From the human T2T-CHM13v2.0 reference genome, Homo sapiens, in NCBI RefSeq assembly GCF_009914755.1, contig NC_060938.1: a DNA stretch of 64,000 nt. The stretch is one strand, 5' to 3'. Every line of letters begins with the position of its first letter. Within the stretch, counting starts at the first letter, position 1. The notes below the pieces were generated by a model. It was not told the DNA's origin, made no database searches, and saw nothing but the letters and a program-made list of their open reading frames with translations. The position numbers and the translations under genes are program-made. Shown here piece after piece: positions 1-14,052 of the stretch.

Positions 1-1307
1 GTCAGAAGGCTTCTGTCTAGTTTTTAAGTGAAGATACTTCCTTTTCCAACTTTGGCCCCAAAGCGCAGCAAATGTCCACTTGCAGATTCTACAAAAAGAG
101 TGTTTCAAAGCTGTTCAATGAAAAGAAAGATTCAACTCTGTGAGATGAATGCACACATCACAAAGAAGTTTGTCAGAATGTGTATGTCTAGTTTTTATTT
201 GATGATATGTCCTTTTCCACAATAGGCTACAAATCGCTCCAAATGTCCACTTGCAGATTCAACAAAAAGAATGTTTCAAAGCTGTTCAATGAAAAGAAAT
301 GTTCAACTTTGTGAGCTGAATGCACACATCACAAAGAAGTTTGTCAGAAAGCTTCTGTCTAGTTTTATATGAAGATATTTCCTTTTCCACAATGGGCCTC
401 AAAGTGCTCCACATGTCCACTTGCAGATTCTACAAAAAGAGTGTTTCAAAGCTGCTCATTCCAAAGAAAGGTTCAACTCTGTGTGAGATGAATGCACACA
501 TCACAAAGAAGTTTCTCATAATGCTTCCGTCTAGTTATTATATGAAGATATTTCTTTGTCCACCCATAGGCCTCAAAGCTCTCCAATGTCCACTTGCAAA
601 TTCTACAAAAAGAGTGTTTCAAAACTGCTCCATTGAAAGTAAGGTTCAGCACTTTGAGGTGAATGCACACATCACAGAAAACTTTTTCTGAATGCTTATG
701 TCTAGTTTTTATATGAAGATATTTCCATTTCTACCATAGGCCTCAAAGCGCTCAAATTGTCCACTTGCAGATTCTACAAAAAGAATGTTTAAAAGCTGCT
801 CAATCAAAAGAAAGTTTCATCTCTGTGAGATGAATGCACATATCAAAAGAAGTTTCTCAGAATTCTTCTGTCTCGTTTTTATGTGAAGATATTTCCTTTT
901 CCATCATAGGCCTCAAAGTGCTCTAAATATCCAATTGCAGATTCTACAAAAAGAGTGGTTCAAAACTGCTCAATGAAAAGTAAGATTCAACTCTGTGAGA
1001 TCAATGCACATATCACAAAGAAAATTGTCAGAATGCATCTGTCTGGTTTTTATGTGAAGATATTTCCTTTCCCACCATGGGCCTCAAAGCGCTCCAAATG
1101 TCCACTTGCAGATACTTCAAAAAGAGTGTTTCAAAACTGCTCAATTGAAAGCAAGTTTCAGCACTGTGAGATGAATGCACACATCACAAAGAAGTTTGTC
1201 AGAATGCTTCTGTCTAGTTTTCATGTGAAGACATTTCCTTTTCCGCGATAGGCCTCATAGTGCTCCAAATGTCCACTTGCAGATTCTACAAAAACGGTGT
1301 TTCAAAA
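1..1307 (-). repeat. Alpha satellite, diverged monomers, reverse orientation (GTTTGTCAGAATG/GTCCACTTG family)
   Basis: ~171-bp periodic reverse complement of the alphoid consensus (TGAATGCACACATCACAAAGAAGTTT...GTGAAGATATTTCC). Confidence 0.97.
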
Positions 1308-4300
1308 CATTCTGACAAACTTCTTTGCGATATATGCCTCCATCTTACTGTGTTGAACATTTCTTTTCATGGAGCAGTTTTAAAACACTCTTTTTGTAGA
1401 ATCTACAAGTGGACATTTGGAGCGCTTTGAGGACTATGGTGGAAAAGGAAATATCTTCACATAAAAACTAAACAGAAGCGTTCTGACAAACTTCTTTGTG
1501 ACATGTGCAATCATCTCACAGAGTTAAAACTTCCTTTTGATTGAGCAGCTTTGAAACACGCTTTTTGTAGAATCTGCTGACATTTGGAGCGCTTTGAGGC
1601 CTATGGTGGACAACGAAATATTTTCATGTAATAATGGGACAGAAGCATTCTGACAAACTTCTTTTTGATGTGTGCATTCATCTCACAGAGTTGAACCCTC
1701 CATTTCATTGAACAGATTGGAAACACTCTTTCTGTAGAATCTGGAATGGACATTTTTCACACTTTGAGGCCTATGGTGGAAAAGGAAATATCTTCATATA
1801 AAAACTAGACCAAAGCATTCTGACAAACTTCTTTGTGATGTGTGCATTCATCGTACAGAGTTGAACCTTACTTTTCATTGATCAGTTTTCAAACACTCTT
1901 TCTGTAGAATCTGCAAGTGGATATTTGGAGCGCTTTGGGGGCTGTGGTGGAAAAGGAAGTATCTTTACATAAAAACTAGACAGATGCATTCTGACAAACT
2001 TTTTTGTGATGTGTGCATTCATCTCAGAGAGTAGAAACTTTTTTTTCATTGAGCAGCTTTGAAACTCTCTTTTTGTAGAATCTGCAAGTGGACATTTGGA
2101 GCACTTTTAGGCCTAAGGTGGAAAAGGAAATATCTTCAAACAAAAAGTAGACAGAAGCATTCTGACAAACTTTTTCATGATGTGTGCTTTCATCTCACAG
2201 AGTTGAAACTTACTTTTCATTGTGCACTTTTCATTGTGCAGGCCTAAGGTGGAAAAGGAAATATCTTCACATAAAAACTAGGTCGAAGCATTTTGACAAA
2301 CTTCTTTGTGATGTGTGCATTCATCTCACAGAGTTGAAACTTACTTTGATTGAGTAGTTTTGAAACACTCTTTTTGTAGAATCTGCAAGTGGATATTTGT
2401 AGCACTTTGAGCCCTGTTCTGGAAAATGAAATACCTTCACATAAAATCTGCACAGAAGCATTCTCAGAAACTTCTTTGGGATGTGTGCATTCATGTCGCA
2501 GAGTTGAACGTTTCCATTGAATCAGCAGTTTGGAACCACTCTCTTTGTATAATCTGCAAGGGGATATTTGGAGCCGTTTGAGGCCTATTGTGGAAAAGGA
2601 AATGTCTTCACATAAAAGCTACACAGAAGCATTCTGAGAAACTTCTTTTTGATGTGTGCATTCATCTCACAGACTTGAGTCTTTATTTTGATACAGCAGT
2701 TTGGAAACATTCTTTTTGTAGAATCTGCAATTAGATATTTGGAGGGCTTTGAGACCTATGGAGGGAAAGGAAACGTCTTCACATAAAAAGCATACAGAAG
2801 CATTCTGAGAAACTTCTTTGTGATGTGTGCCTTCATCTCAACAGGCTGAACCAATATTTTTATAGAGCAGTTTCGAAACTCTCTTTTTGTAGAATCTGCA
2901 AGTGGATATTTGAAGTGATTTGGGGCCTATGGTGGAAAAGGAAAAATCATCACATAAAACCTACACAGAAGCATTCTGAGAAACTTCATTGTGAATGTGT
3001 GCCTTCAACTCACTGAGTTGAGTCTATCTTTTGATAGAGAGGTTTTGAAACACTCTTTTTGTTGAATCTGCAAGTGTTTATTTGGAGACCTTTGTGGCCA
3101 AAGGTGGAAAAGGAAATATCTTCCCATAAAAACTACACAGAAGCATTCTGAGAAACTATTTTGTGATGTGTGCATTCATCTCACAGAGCTGAACCCTTCA
3201 TTTGATAGAGCAGTTTTTAAACTCTCTTTTTGTAGAATCTGCAAGTGGATATTTGGAGCCCTTTCAGGCCTATGGTGGAAAAGGAAATATCTTCACATAA
3301 AAACTAGACAGAAGCATTCTGAGAAAATTCTTTCTGATGTGTGCATTCATCTCACAGAGTTGAAACTTTCTTTTGATAGAGCAGTTTTGAAACACACTTT
3401 TTGTAGAATCTGCAAGTGGATATTTGGAATGTTTTGAGGCCTATAGTGGAAAAGGAAATATCTTTACATAAAAACTACACAGAAGCATTCTGAGAAACTT
3501 CTTTGTAATGTGTGCCTTCATCTCATAGAGTTTTACCATTCTTTTGATAGGGCAGTTTTAAGACTCTCCTTTTGTAGAATCTGAAAGTGGATATCTGGAG
3601 CCCTTTGCAGCCTATGGTGGAAAAGGAAATATCTTCAAATAAAAACTACACAGAAGCATTCTGAGAAACTTCTCTGTGATGTGTGCATTCAACTCGCAGA
3701 TTTGAACCTATCTCTTGGGAGCAGTTTTGAAACTCTCTTTTTGTACAAGCTGCAAGTGGTCATTTGGAGCTCTTTGTGGCCGATGGTGGTAAGGGTAATA
3801 TCTTCCCATAGAAACTACACAGAAGAATTCTGAGAAACTTCTTTGTTATGTGTGCATTTATCTCACAGAGTTGAACCTTTCATTGGATTGAGCAGTTTGA
3901 AACACTCTTTTTGTAGAATCTGCAAGTGGATATGTGGAATGCTTTGAGGCCTATTGTGGAAAAGGATATATCTTCATATAACTACACAGAAGAATTCTCA
4001 GAAACTTCTTTGTTTTGTTTGCATTCATCTCACAGAGTTGAACCTTTCTTTTGATAGAGCACTTTTGAAACACTCTTTTTGTAGAATCTGCACGTGGATA
4101 TTTGGAGCTATTTGAGGCCTAGTTTGGGAAAGGAAATATCTTCCCATAAAAAATACACAGAAGCATTCTGAGAAACTTCTTTGTGATGTGTGCCTTCATC
4201 TCACAAGGGTGAACCTTTCTTTTGATTGAGCAGTTTTGAAACATTCTTTTTGTAGAATCAGCAAGTGAATATTTGGAGCGATTTGAGGCCTATTGTGGTA

Positions 4301-7300
4301 TAGGAAATATCTTCACATAAAAACTACACAAAAGCATTCTGAGAAACTTCTTTGTGATGTGTACATTCAACTCACAGAGTTGAACCTATCTTTCTATTGA
4401 GCAGTTTTGAATCTCTCTTTTTGTAGAATCTGCAAGTGGATATTTGGAGCCCTTTGCCCCCTGTGGTGAAAAAGGAAATATCTTCAAATAAAAACTACAC
4501 AGAAGCACTCAGAGAAAGTAATTTGTGATGAGTACGTTGATCACACATAGTTGAACATTTCTTTTTATTGAGCAGTTTTGAAACAGTCTTTTTGCAGAAT
4601 CTGCAAGTGGATATTTGGAGAGTTTGAAGCCTGTTGTGGAAAAGGATATATCTTCCAATAAAAAATACACAGAAGCATTCTGGGAAACTTCTTAGTGATG
4701 TGTGCATTTAACTCACAGATTGGAACCTATCTTTTGATTGAGCAGTTTTGAATCTCTGCTTTTGTAGAATCTGCAAGTGGATATTTGGAGCCCGTTGCAG
4801 CCTATTGTGGATAAGGAAATATCTCCACATAAAAACTACACAGAAGCATTCTGAGAAACATCTTTGTGATATGTGCTTTCATCACACAGGGTTAAACCTA
4901 TCTTATGATTGAGCAGTTTTGAAACACTCTTTTTGTAGAATCTGAAAATGAATATTTGGAGCGCTTTGAGGCCTACCATGGAAAAGCAAATACATTCATA
5001 TAAAACTACACAGTAGCATTCTGAGAAACTTGTTTGTAATGTGTGCATTCATCTCACAGAGTTGAACCTTTCTTTTGATTGAGCAGTTTTGAAACACTCT
5101 TTTTGTAAGTGTATAATTGGAGCCCTTTGTGGCCTATGGTGGAAAAGAAAATGTCTTCACATAAAAACTACACAGAAGCATTCTGAGAAACTTCTTTGTG
5201 ATATGTGCATACAACTCACAGAGTTGAACTTATCTTTTCATTGAGCAGTTTTGAATCTCTCTTTCTGTAGAATCTGCAAGTGGATATTTGGAGCCATTTG
5301 CGCCCTATGGTGGAAAAGGAAATATCTTCAAATACAAACAACACAGAAGCATTCAGAGAAACTTGTTTGTGATGAGTGCATTCATCACACAGAGTTGAAC
5401 GTTTCTTTTTATTGAGCAGTTTTGAATCTCTCATTTTGCAGAAACTAAAAGTGGATATTTGGAGCACTGTGAGGCCAACTGTGGAAAATCAAATATCTTC
5501 ATATAAAAACTTCACAGAAGCATTCTGAGAAACCTCTCTGTGATGTGTGCATTCAACTCACAGAGTTGAACCTTTCTTTTGATTGAGCAGTTTTGAAACA
5601 CACTTTTTGTAGAATCTACAAGTGGATATTTGGAGCGATTTCAGGCCTATTGTGGAAAAGGAAGTATCTTCACCTAAAAACTACACAGAAGCATTCTGAA
5701 AAACTTCTTTGTGATGTGTGCATTCATCACACAGGATTGAACCTATCTTATGACTGAGCAGTTTTCAATCTCTTTTTTTGAATAATCCGCAAGTGGATAC
5801 TTGTAGCCCTTTTTGCCCTATGATTGAAAAGAAAATATCTTCAAATAAAAACTACACAGAAGCATTCAAAGAAACTTCTTTGTGATGAGTGCATTCATCA
5901 GAAACAGTTGAACGTTTCTTTTGATTCAGCAGTTTTGAATCTCTCGTTTTGCAGATCTGAAAGTGGATATCTGTAGCGCTTTGAGGCCTACAATGCAAAA
6001 GCACATATCTTCAAATAAAAACTATGCAGATGCATTCTGAGAAACTTCTTTCTGAGGTGTGCATTCAACTCACACAGTCAAACCTATACTTTGATTGAGC
6101 AGTTTTGAATCTCTTTTTTTGCAGAATCTGCAAGTGGACCTTTGGAGAGCTTTGAGGCCTATTGTGGAAAAGGAAATATCTTCACATAAAAAATACACAG
6201 AAGCATTCTGAGAAACTTCTTTGTGATGTGTGCATTCAACTCACAGAGTTGAACCGATCTTTTGATTGAGCAGTTTTGAATCTTTCTTTTTGTAGAATCT
6301 GCAAGTGGATATTTGGAGCGCTTGGAGGCCTACTGTGGAAAAGCAAATATCTTCACATGAAAACTGCACAGAAGCATTCTGAGAGACTTATTTGCTATGT
6401 GTGCATTCATCTCATAGAGTTGAAACTTTCTTTTGATTTAGTAGTTTCGAAACACTCTTTTTGTACAATCTGCAATTGGATATTTGAAGCGATTTGAGGC
6501 CTATTGTGGAAAAGGAAATATCTTCAAATAAAAACTACACAGAAGCATTCTGAGAAGCTTCTTTGTGATGTGTGCATTCAACTCACAGAGTTGAACCTAT
6601 ATTTTGATTGAGCAGTTTTGAATCTCTCTTTTTGTAGAATCTGCAAGTGGATATTTGGAGCCCTTTCTGGCCTATGGTGGAAAAGGAAATATCTTCAAAT
6701 GAAAACTACAGAAAAGCATTTTGAGGAACTTCTTTGTCATGTGTGCATTCATCTCACATGGTTGAACCTATATTATGATTGAGCAGTTTTGAAAAACTCT
6801 TTTTGTTTAATTTGCAAGTGGACACATAGAGCCCTTTGAGGCCTACTGTGGAAAAGCAGATATTTCCACCTAAAAACTATACAGAAGCATTCTGAAAAAC
6901 TTCTTTGTGATGTGTGCATTCACCTCACAGAGTTGAACCTTTCTTTTGATTGAGCAGTTTTGAAACACTCTTTTTGTAGGATCTGCAAGAGGATATTTGG
7001 AGCGATTTCAGGTCAATTATGGAAAAGGAAATGTCTTCACGTAAAAACTACACAGAAGCATTCTGAGAAACTTTTTGTGATGTGTGCATTCATCTCACAG
7101 GGTTGAACTTATCTTATGATTGAGAAGTTTTGAAACACTCCTTTGTAGAATCTGCAAGTGGATATTTGGAGTGCTTTGAGGCCTATTGTGGAAAAGGAAA
7201 TATGAGAAACTTCTTCATGATGTGTGCACTCATCTCACAGAGTTGATCCCTTCTGTTGATTGAGCAGTTTTGAAACTGTTTTTGTAGAATCTGCAATTGG

Positions 7301-10190
7301 ATGTTTTGAGTGCTTTGATGCCTACTGAGGAAAAGCAATTATCTTCATATAAAAACTACACAGAAGCATTCTGAGAAACTTCTTTGTGATGTGTGCATTC
7401 ATCTCACAGAGTTTAAGCTTTCTTTTGATTGAGCAGTTTGGAAACACTCTTTTTGTAGAATCTGCAAGTGGATATTAGGAGAGATTTGAGTCTTATTGTG
7501 CAAAAGAAAATATCTTCACATAAATACTACACAGAAGCATTCTGCGAAACTTCTTTGTTATGTGTGCATTCAACTCACAGAATTGAACCTATCTTTTGAC
7601 TCAGCAGTTTTGAATCTCCCTTTTGGTAGAATCTGCAAGTGGATATCCGGAGCCCTATGTGCCCTAGGGTGGAAAAGGATATATCTTCACATAAAAACTA
7701 CACAGAAGCATTCTGGGAAACTTCTTTGTGATGAGTGCATTCGTCACACAGAGGTGAACCTATCTTTTGATTGAGCAGTTTGGAATCTCTCTTTTTGCAG
7801 AATCTGCAAGGGGAGCTTTTGAGCCCTTTGAGGCCTACTTTGGAAAAGCAAATATCTTCACATAAAAACTACACAGAAGAATTCTGAGAAACTACTATGT
7901 GAGGTGTGCATTCAAATGACAGGGTCGAGGCTATCTTTTCATTGAGCAGTCTTGAATCTCTCTTTTTGCAGAATCTGCAAGTGCATGTTTGGAGAGATTT
8001 GAGGTCTATTGTGGAAAAGGAAATATCTCAAAATAAAAACTACACAGAAGCATTCTGAGAAACTTCTTTGTGATATGTGCATTCAACTCACAGAGTTGAA
8101 CCTATATTTTGATTGAGCAGTTTTGAATTTATCTTTTGTTAGAATCTGCACGTGGATATTTGGAGCCCTTAGTGCCTTATGGAGGAAAAGGAAATATCTT
8201 CAAATAAAACTACTCAGAAGCATGCAGAGAAACTTCTTTGTGATGAGTGTATTCATCACAGAGAGTTGAACTTTCTATTGATTGAGAAGTTTTGAAACAC
8301 TCTTTTGGTAGAATTTGGAAGTGGATATTTGGAGGGCTTTGAGGCATATTTTGGAAAAGAAAATATCTTCACATAAAAACTACACAGAACTATTCAGAGA
8401 AACTTCCTGGTGATGTGTGCAATCAACTCACAGAGTTTTACCTATCTTTTGATTGAACAGTTTTGAATCTCTCTTTTTTCAGAATCTGCAAGTGGATATT
8501 TGGAGCTCTCTGAGGCGTACTGTGAAAAATCAAATATCTTCACCTAAAAACTACACAGAAGCATTCTGAGAAACTCCTTTGTTATGTGTGCATTCAACTC
8601 ACAGAGTTGAAACTATCTTTGGATTCAGCAGTTTTGAATCTCTCTTTTTGTAGAATCTGCAACTGGATATTTGGAGTCCTTTGTGCCATATGGTAGAAAA
8701 GGAAATATCTTCAAATAAAAACTATACAGAGGCATTCTGGGAAACTTCTTTGTGTTGAGTGCATTCATCACACAGTGTTGACACTTTCTTTTGATTGAGT
8801 AGTTTTGAAAAAATCTTTTTGTAGAATCTGGAAGTGGATATTTGGAGAGCTTTGAGGACTCTTTTGGAAAAGGAAATATCTTCACATAAAAACTACACAG
8901 AAGCATTCTGGGAAATGTCGTTGTTATCTGTGCATTCAACTCACAGAGTTGCACCTATCTTTGAACTGAGCACTTTCAAATCTCTCTTTTTGCAGAATCT
9001 GCAAATGGATATTTGGAGCGCTTTGAGGGGTACTGTGGAAAAGCATATATCTTCACATAAAGACTACACAGAGGCATTCTGAGAAACTTCTTCATGAAGT
9101 GTGCATTCAAATCACAGAGTTGAAGCTATCTTTTGATTGAGCAGTTTGGAATCTCTCTTTTTGGAGAATCTACATATTGATATTTGGAGAGCTTTGTGGC
9201 CTATTGTGGAAAAGGAAATATCTTCACATAAAAACTACACAGACGCATTCTGAGAAACTTCTTTGTGATGTTTGCAGTCAATTCAAAAAGTTGAACCGAT
9301 CTTTTGATTGAGCACCTTTGAACCTCTCTTTTTGTAGAATCTGCAAGTGGATATTTGGAGCACTTTGCGGCCTATGGTGGAAAAGGAAATATCTTCAAAT
9401 AAAAACTACACAGAAGCAATCTGTGAAACTTCTCTGTGATGTGTGCATTCATCTCACAGGGTTGAACGTATCTTATGATTGAGCAGTTTTGAAGCACTCT
9501 TTTTATAGAATCTGCAAGTGGATATTTGGAACATTTTGAGTACTATTGTGAAAAAGAAATATCTTCACGTAAATACTACACAGAAGCATTCTGAGAAACT
9601 TCTTTGTGATGTGTGCATTCAACTCACAGAGTTGAACCTATCTTTTGATTGAGCAGTTTTGAATCTCTCTTTTTGAAGAATCTGCAAGTGGATATTTGGA
9701 GCCCTTTGTGGCCTAAGGTGGAAAAGGAAATATCTTCAAACAAAAAATACACAGAAGCAATCTGAGAAACTTCTTTGTGATGTGTTCATTCATTTCACAG
9801 AATTGATCCTTTCCTTTATTGAGCACTTTGGAAACACTGTTTTTGTAGAATCTGCAATTGGATATTTGGAGTGCTTTGAAGCCTACCGTGGAAAAGCAAA
9901 TTTCCTCACATAAAAACTACACAGAAGCATTCTGAGAAACTTCTTTGTGATGTGTGCATTCAACTCACAGATTTGAGCCTATCTTTTGATTGAGCTGTTT
10001 AGAATCTCTGTTTTTGTAGAATGTGGAAGTGGACATTTGGATCCCTTTGTGCCCTATGGTGGAAACGGAAACATCTTCAAATTAATACTACACAGAAGCA
10101 TTCAGAGAAACTTCTTTGTGATGAGTGCATTCATCACACAGAGTTGAACCTTTCTTTTGATTGAGCAGTTTTGAAACACTCTCTTTGTGA
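1308..10190 (+). repeat. Alpha satellite, consensus orientation; family changes near 2450 from CTAGACAGAAGCATTCTGAC to CTACACAGAAGCATTCTGAG
   Basis: ~171-bp tandem CATTCTGAGAAACTTCTTTGTGATGTGTGCATTC; A-type (pJalpha-like CTATGGTGGAAAAGGAA) boxes; no CENP-B box seen. Confidence 0.97.
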
Positions 10191-13100
10191 TATGAAGATA
10201 TTTCCATTTCTACCATAGGCCACAAAGTATTCAAAATGTCCACCTGCAGATTCTACAAAAAGAGTGTTTCCGAACTCCTCAATCAAAAGAAAGGTTCAAC
10301 TCTGTGAGATGAACGCAAACGTCACAAAGAAGTTTCTCATAATTCTTCTCTCTATTTTTTTATGTGAAGATATCTACTTTTCCACCGTAGGCCTCAAAGC
10401 CCTCCAAATGTCCACTTGGAGATTCTACTAAAAGACAGTTTCAAAACTGCTCAACCAAAACAAAGGTTTAACTCTGTGAGATGAATGCACACATCACAAA
10501 GAAGTTTCTCAGATTGCTTCTGTCTAGATTTTATGTGACGATATTGCCTTTTCTTCCATTGGCCGCTAAGTGCTCCAAATGTCCACTTGCAGATTTGACA
10601 AAAAGAGTGGTTCCAAACTGCTCAATCAAAAGAAAGTTTCAACTCTGTGAGATGAACGCACACCTCACAAAGTAGTTTCTCATCATTCTCCTGTCTAGTT
10701 CTTACGTGAAGATATTATCGTTTCCACCATAGGCCACCAAGCACTCCAAATGTCCACTTGCAGTTTCTACAAAAGATACTTTCAAAACTGCTCAATCAAA
10801 AGAATGGTTTAACACTGTGAGGTGAATGTACAGAATACAAAGAAGTTTCTCAGATTGCTTCTGTCTAGATTTTATGTGAAGGTATTAAGTTTTCTTCCAT
10901 AGGCTGCAAAGCGTGAGAAATGTCCACTTGCAGATTCTACAAAAAGAGTGTTTCCAAACTGCTCAATCAGAAAAAAGGTTCAACTCCATGAGCTGAACCC
11001 ACCCATCACCACGAAATTTCTCACAACTCTTCAGTCCAGTTTTTATGTGAAGATATTACCTTTTCCACTAGAGGCCTCAAAGCTCTCCAAATATCCACTT
11101 GAAGATTCTACAAAAAGAGAGTTTCAAAAACCCTCAATCGAAAGAAAGGTTTAACTCTGTGAGATGAATGCATACATGACAAAGAAGTTTATCAGATTGC
11201 TTCTGTCTAGATTTTATGTGAAGGCAGTTCGTTTTCTACCATAGGCCGCTAAGAGCTACAAATGTCCACTTTCAGATTCTACAAAAAGAGTGTTTCCAAA
11301 CTGCTCAATCAGAAAAAAGGTTCAACTCTATGACATGAACCCACTCATCACCAGGAAGTTTCTCACAATTCTTCAGTCCAGTTTTTATGTGAAGATATTT
11401 CCTTTTCACCATAGGCCTCAAAGCACTCCAAATATACACTTGCAGATTCTGCAAAAAGAGATTTTCAAAACTCCTCAACCAAAAGAAAGGTTTAACTCTG
11501 TGAGATGAATGCACACATCACAAAGAAGTTTCTCAGATTGCTTCTGTCTAGATTTTATGTGAAGATATTTCCTTTTCTACAGTGGCCCGCAAACCGCTCG
11601 AAATGTCCACTGGCAGATTCTTAAAAAGGAGTGTTTCCAAACTGCTCAATCAAAAGAAAGTTTCAACTCTGTGAGATGAATGCACACATCACAAAGAAGT
11701 TTCTCAGAATTCTTCTGTCTAGTTTTTATGTGAAGATATTTCCTTTTCCACCATAGACCTCAATGAGCTCCAAACTTCCACTTGCAGATTTTACAAAAAG
11801 AGAGTTTAAAAACTGCTCAATCAAAAGAAAGGGTTAACTCGGTGATATGAATGCACACATCACAAAGAAGCTTCTTAGATTGCTGCTGTCTTGATTTTAT
11901 GTGAAGATATTTACTTTTCTATCTTAGGCCACAAAGCGCTCCAAATGTCCACTAGCAGATTCTACGAAAAGTGTGTTTTCAAACTTCTCTATCAAAAGAA
12001 AGTTTCAACTCCATGAGATGAATGCACACATCACAGAGAAGTTTCTCAGAATTCTTCTGTCTAGTTTTTATTTTAAGATATTTCCTTTTCCACCATAGGC
12101 CCCAAAGCGCTCCAAATATCCACTTGCAGAAGCTACGAAAAGAGAGTTTAAAAACTGCTCAATCAAAACAAAGGTTTATCTCTGTGAGATGAAAGCACAC
12201 ATCACAAAGAAGTTTCCCAGATTGCTTCTGCCTAGATTTTATATGAAGATATTTCCTTTTCTACCATTTGCCACAAATCGCTCCAAATTTCCACTTGCAG
12301 ATTCTACAAAGAGTCTTTCCAAAGTGCTCAAACAAAAGAAAGTTTCAACTCTTTGAGACGAACGCACACATCACAAAGAAGATTCTCAGAATTCCTCTGT
12401 CTACTTTATATGTGAAGATATTACCTTTTCCACCATAGGCCTCAATGCGCTCCAAACGTCCACTAGCAAATTCTACAAAAAGAGTTTCAAAACTGCTCTA
12501 TCAAAACAAAGTTTTAACTCTGTGAGATGAATGCACACATCACAAAGAAGCTTCTCAGATTGCTTCTCTCTAGATATTATGTGAAGTTATTTCCTGTTGT
12601 ACCTTAGGCCGCAAAGCGCTCCAAATGTCCACTTGCAGATTTTAAAAAAAGAGTGTTTCCAAACTGCTCAATCCAAAGAAAAGTTCAGCTCTGTGAGATG
12701 AATGCACACATTACAGACAAGTTTCTCAGAATTCTTCTGTCTAGTTTTTATATGAAGATATTTCCTTTTCCACCATAGGCCTCAAAGCCCTCCTAGTCTC
12801 CACTTGCAGATTCTACAGAAAGAGACTTTCCAAACTGCTCAAACAAAAGAAAGGTTTAAATCTGTGAGATGAATGCACACATCACAAAGAAGTCTCTCGG
12901 ATTGCTTCCGTCTTGATTTTTGGTGGAGATATTTCCTTTTCTACCATAGGCCGCAAAGCACTCCAAATGTCTATTGCAGATTCTACAAAAAGAGTGTTTA
13001 CAAACTGCTCAATCAAAAGAAAGGCTCAACTCTGTGAGATGAACGTACATATCACAAAGAAGTATCTCAGAATTCTTCTGTCTAGTTTATATGTGAAGAT

Positions 13101-14052
13101 ATTACCTTTTCCACCATAGGCCTCAAAGCACTCCAAATGTCCACTTACAGATACTACGAAAAGAGAGTTTCAAAACTGCTCTCTCAAAAGAAAGGTTTAA
13201 CTCTGTGAGATGAATGCACACATCACAAAGAAGCTTCTTTGATTGCTTCTGTCTACATATTATGTGAAAATATTTCCTTTACTACCACAGGCCCCAAAGC
13301 GCTCCAAATTTCCACTTGCAGATTCTATAAAAAGAGTGTTTCCAAACTGCTCAATCAAAAAAAAAAAAAGGTTCAACTCCATGACATGAACCCACCCATC
13401 ACGACGAAGTTTCTCACAATTCTTCAGTCCAGTTTTTATGTGAAGACATTCCCTTTTCCACCATAGGCCTCAAAGCGCTCCAAATATCCATTTGCAGATT
13501 CTACAAAAAAAGAGTTTCAAAACTCCTCAATCAAAAAAAAAGGTTTAACTCTGTGAGAAGAATGCACACGTCACAAAGAAGTTTCTCAGATTGCTTCTGT
13601 CTAGATTTTATGTGAAGATATTTCCTTTTCTACCATAGGCCACAAAGCGCTCCAAATGTCCACTTGCAGATTCTACAAAAAGAGTATTTCCAAACTGCTC
13701 AATCAAAAGAAATGTTAAACTGTGTGAGATGAATGCACACATCACAAAGAAGTCTCTCAGAATTCTTCTGTCTAGTTTTTATGTAAAGATATTTCCTTTT
13801 CCAACATAGATCTCAAAGCACTCCAAATGTCCACTGGCAGATTCTACAAAAAGGGAGTTTCAGAACTGCTCAATCAAAAGAAAGGTTTAACTCTGTGAGA
13901 TGAAAAGAGAGTTTCAAAACTGCTCAATCAAAACAAAGGTTTAACTCTGTGAGATGAAAGCACACATCACAAAGAAGTTTCCCAGATTGTTTCTGCCTAG
14001 ATTTTATATGAAGATATTTGTTTTTCTACCACTGGCCGCAAAGCGCTCCAAT
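10191..14052 (-). repeat. Alpha satellite, inverted block with a strict dimeric alternation
   Basis: CAGAATTCTTCTGTCTAGTTTT and CAGATTGCTTCTGTCTAGATTTT monomers alternate every ~171 bp. Confidence 0.95.
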
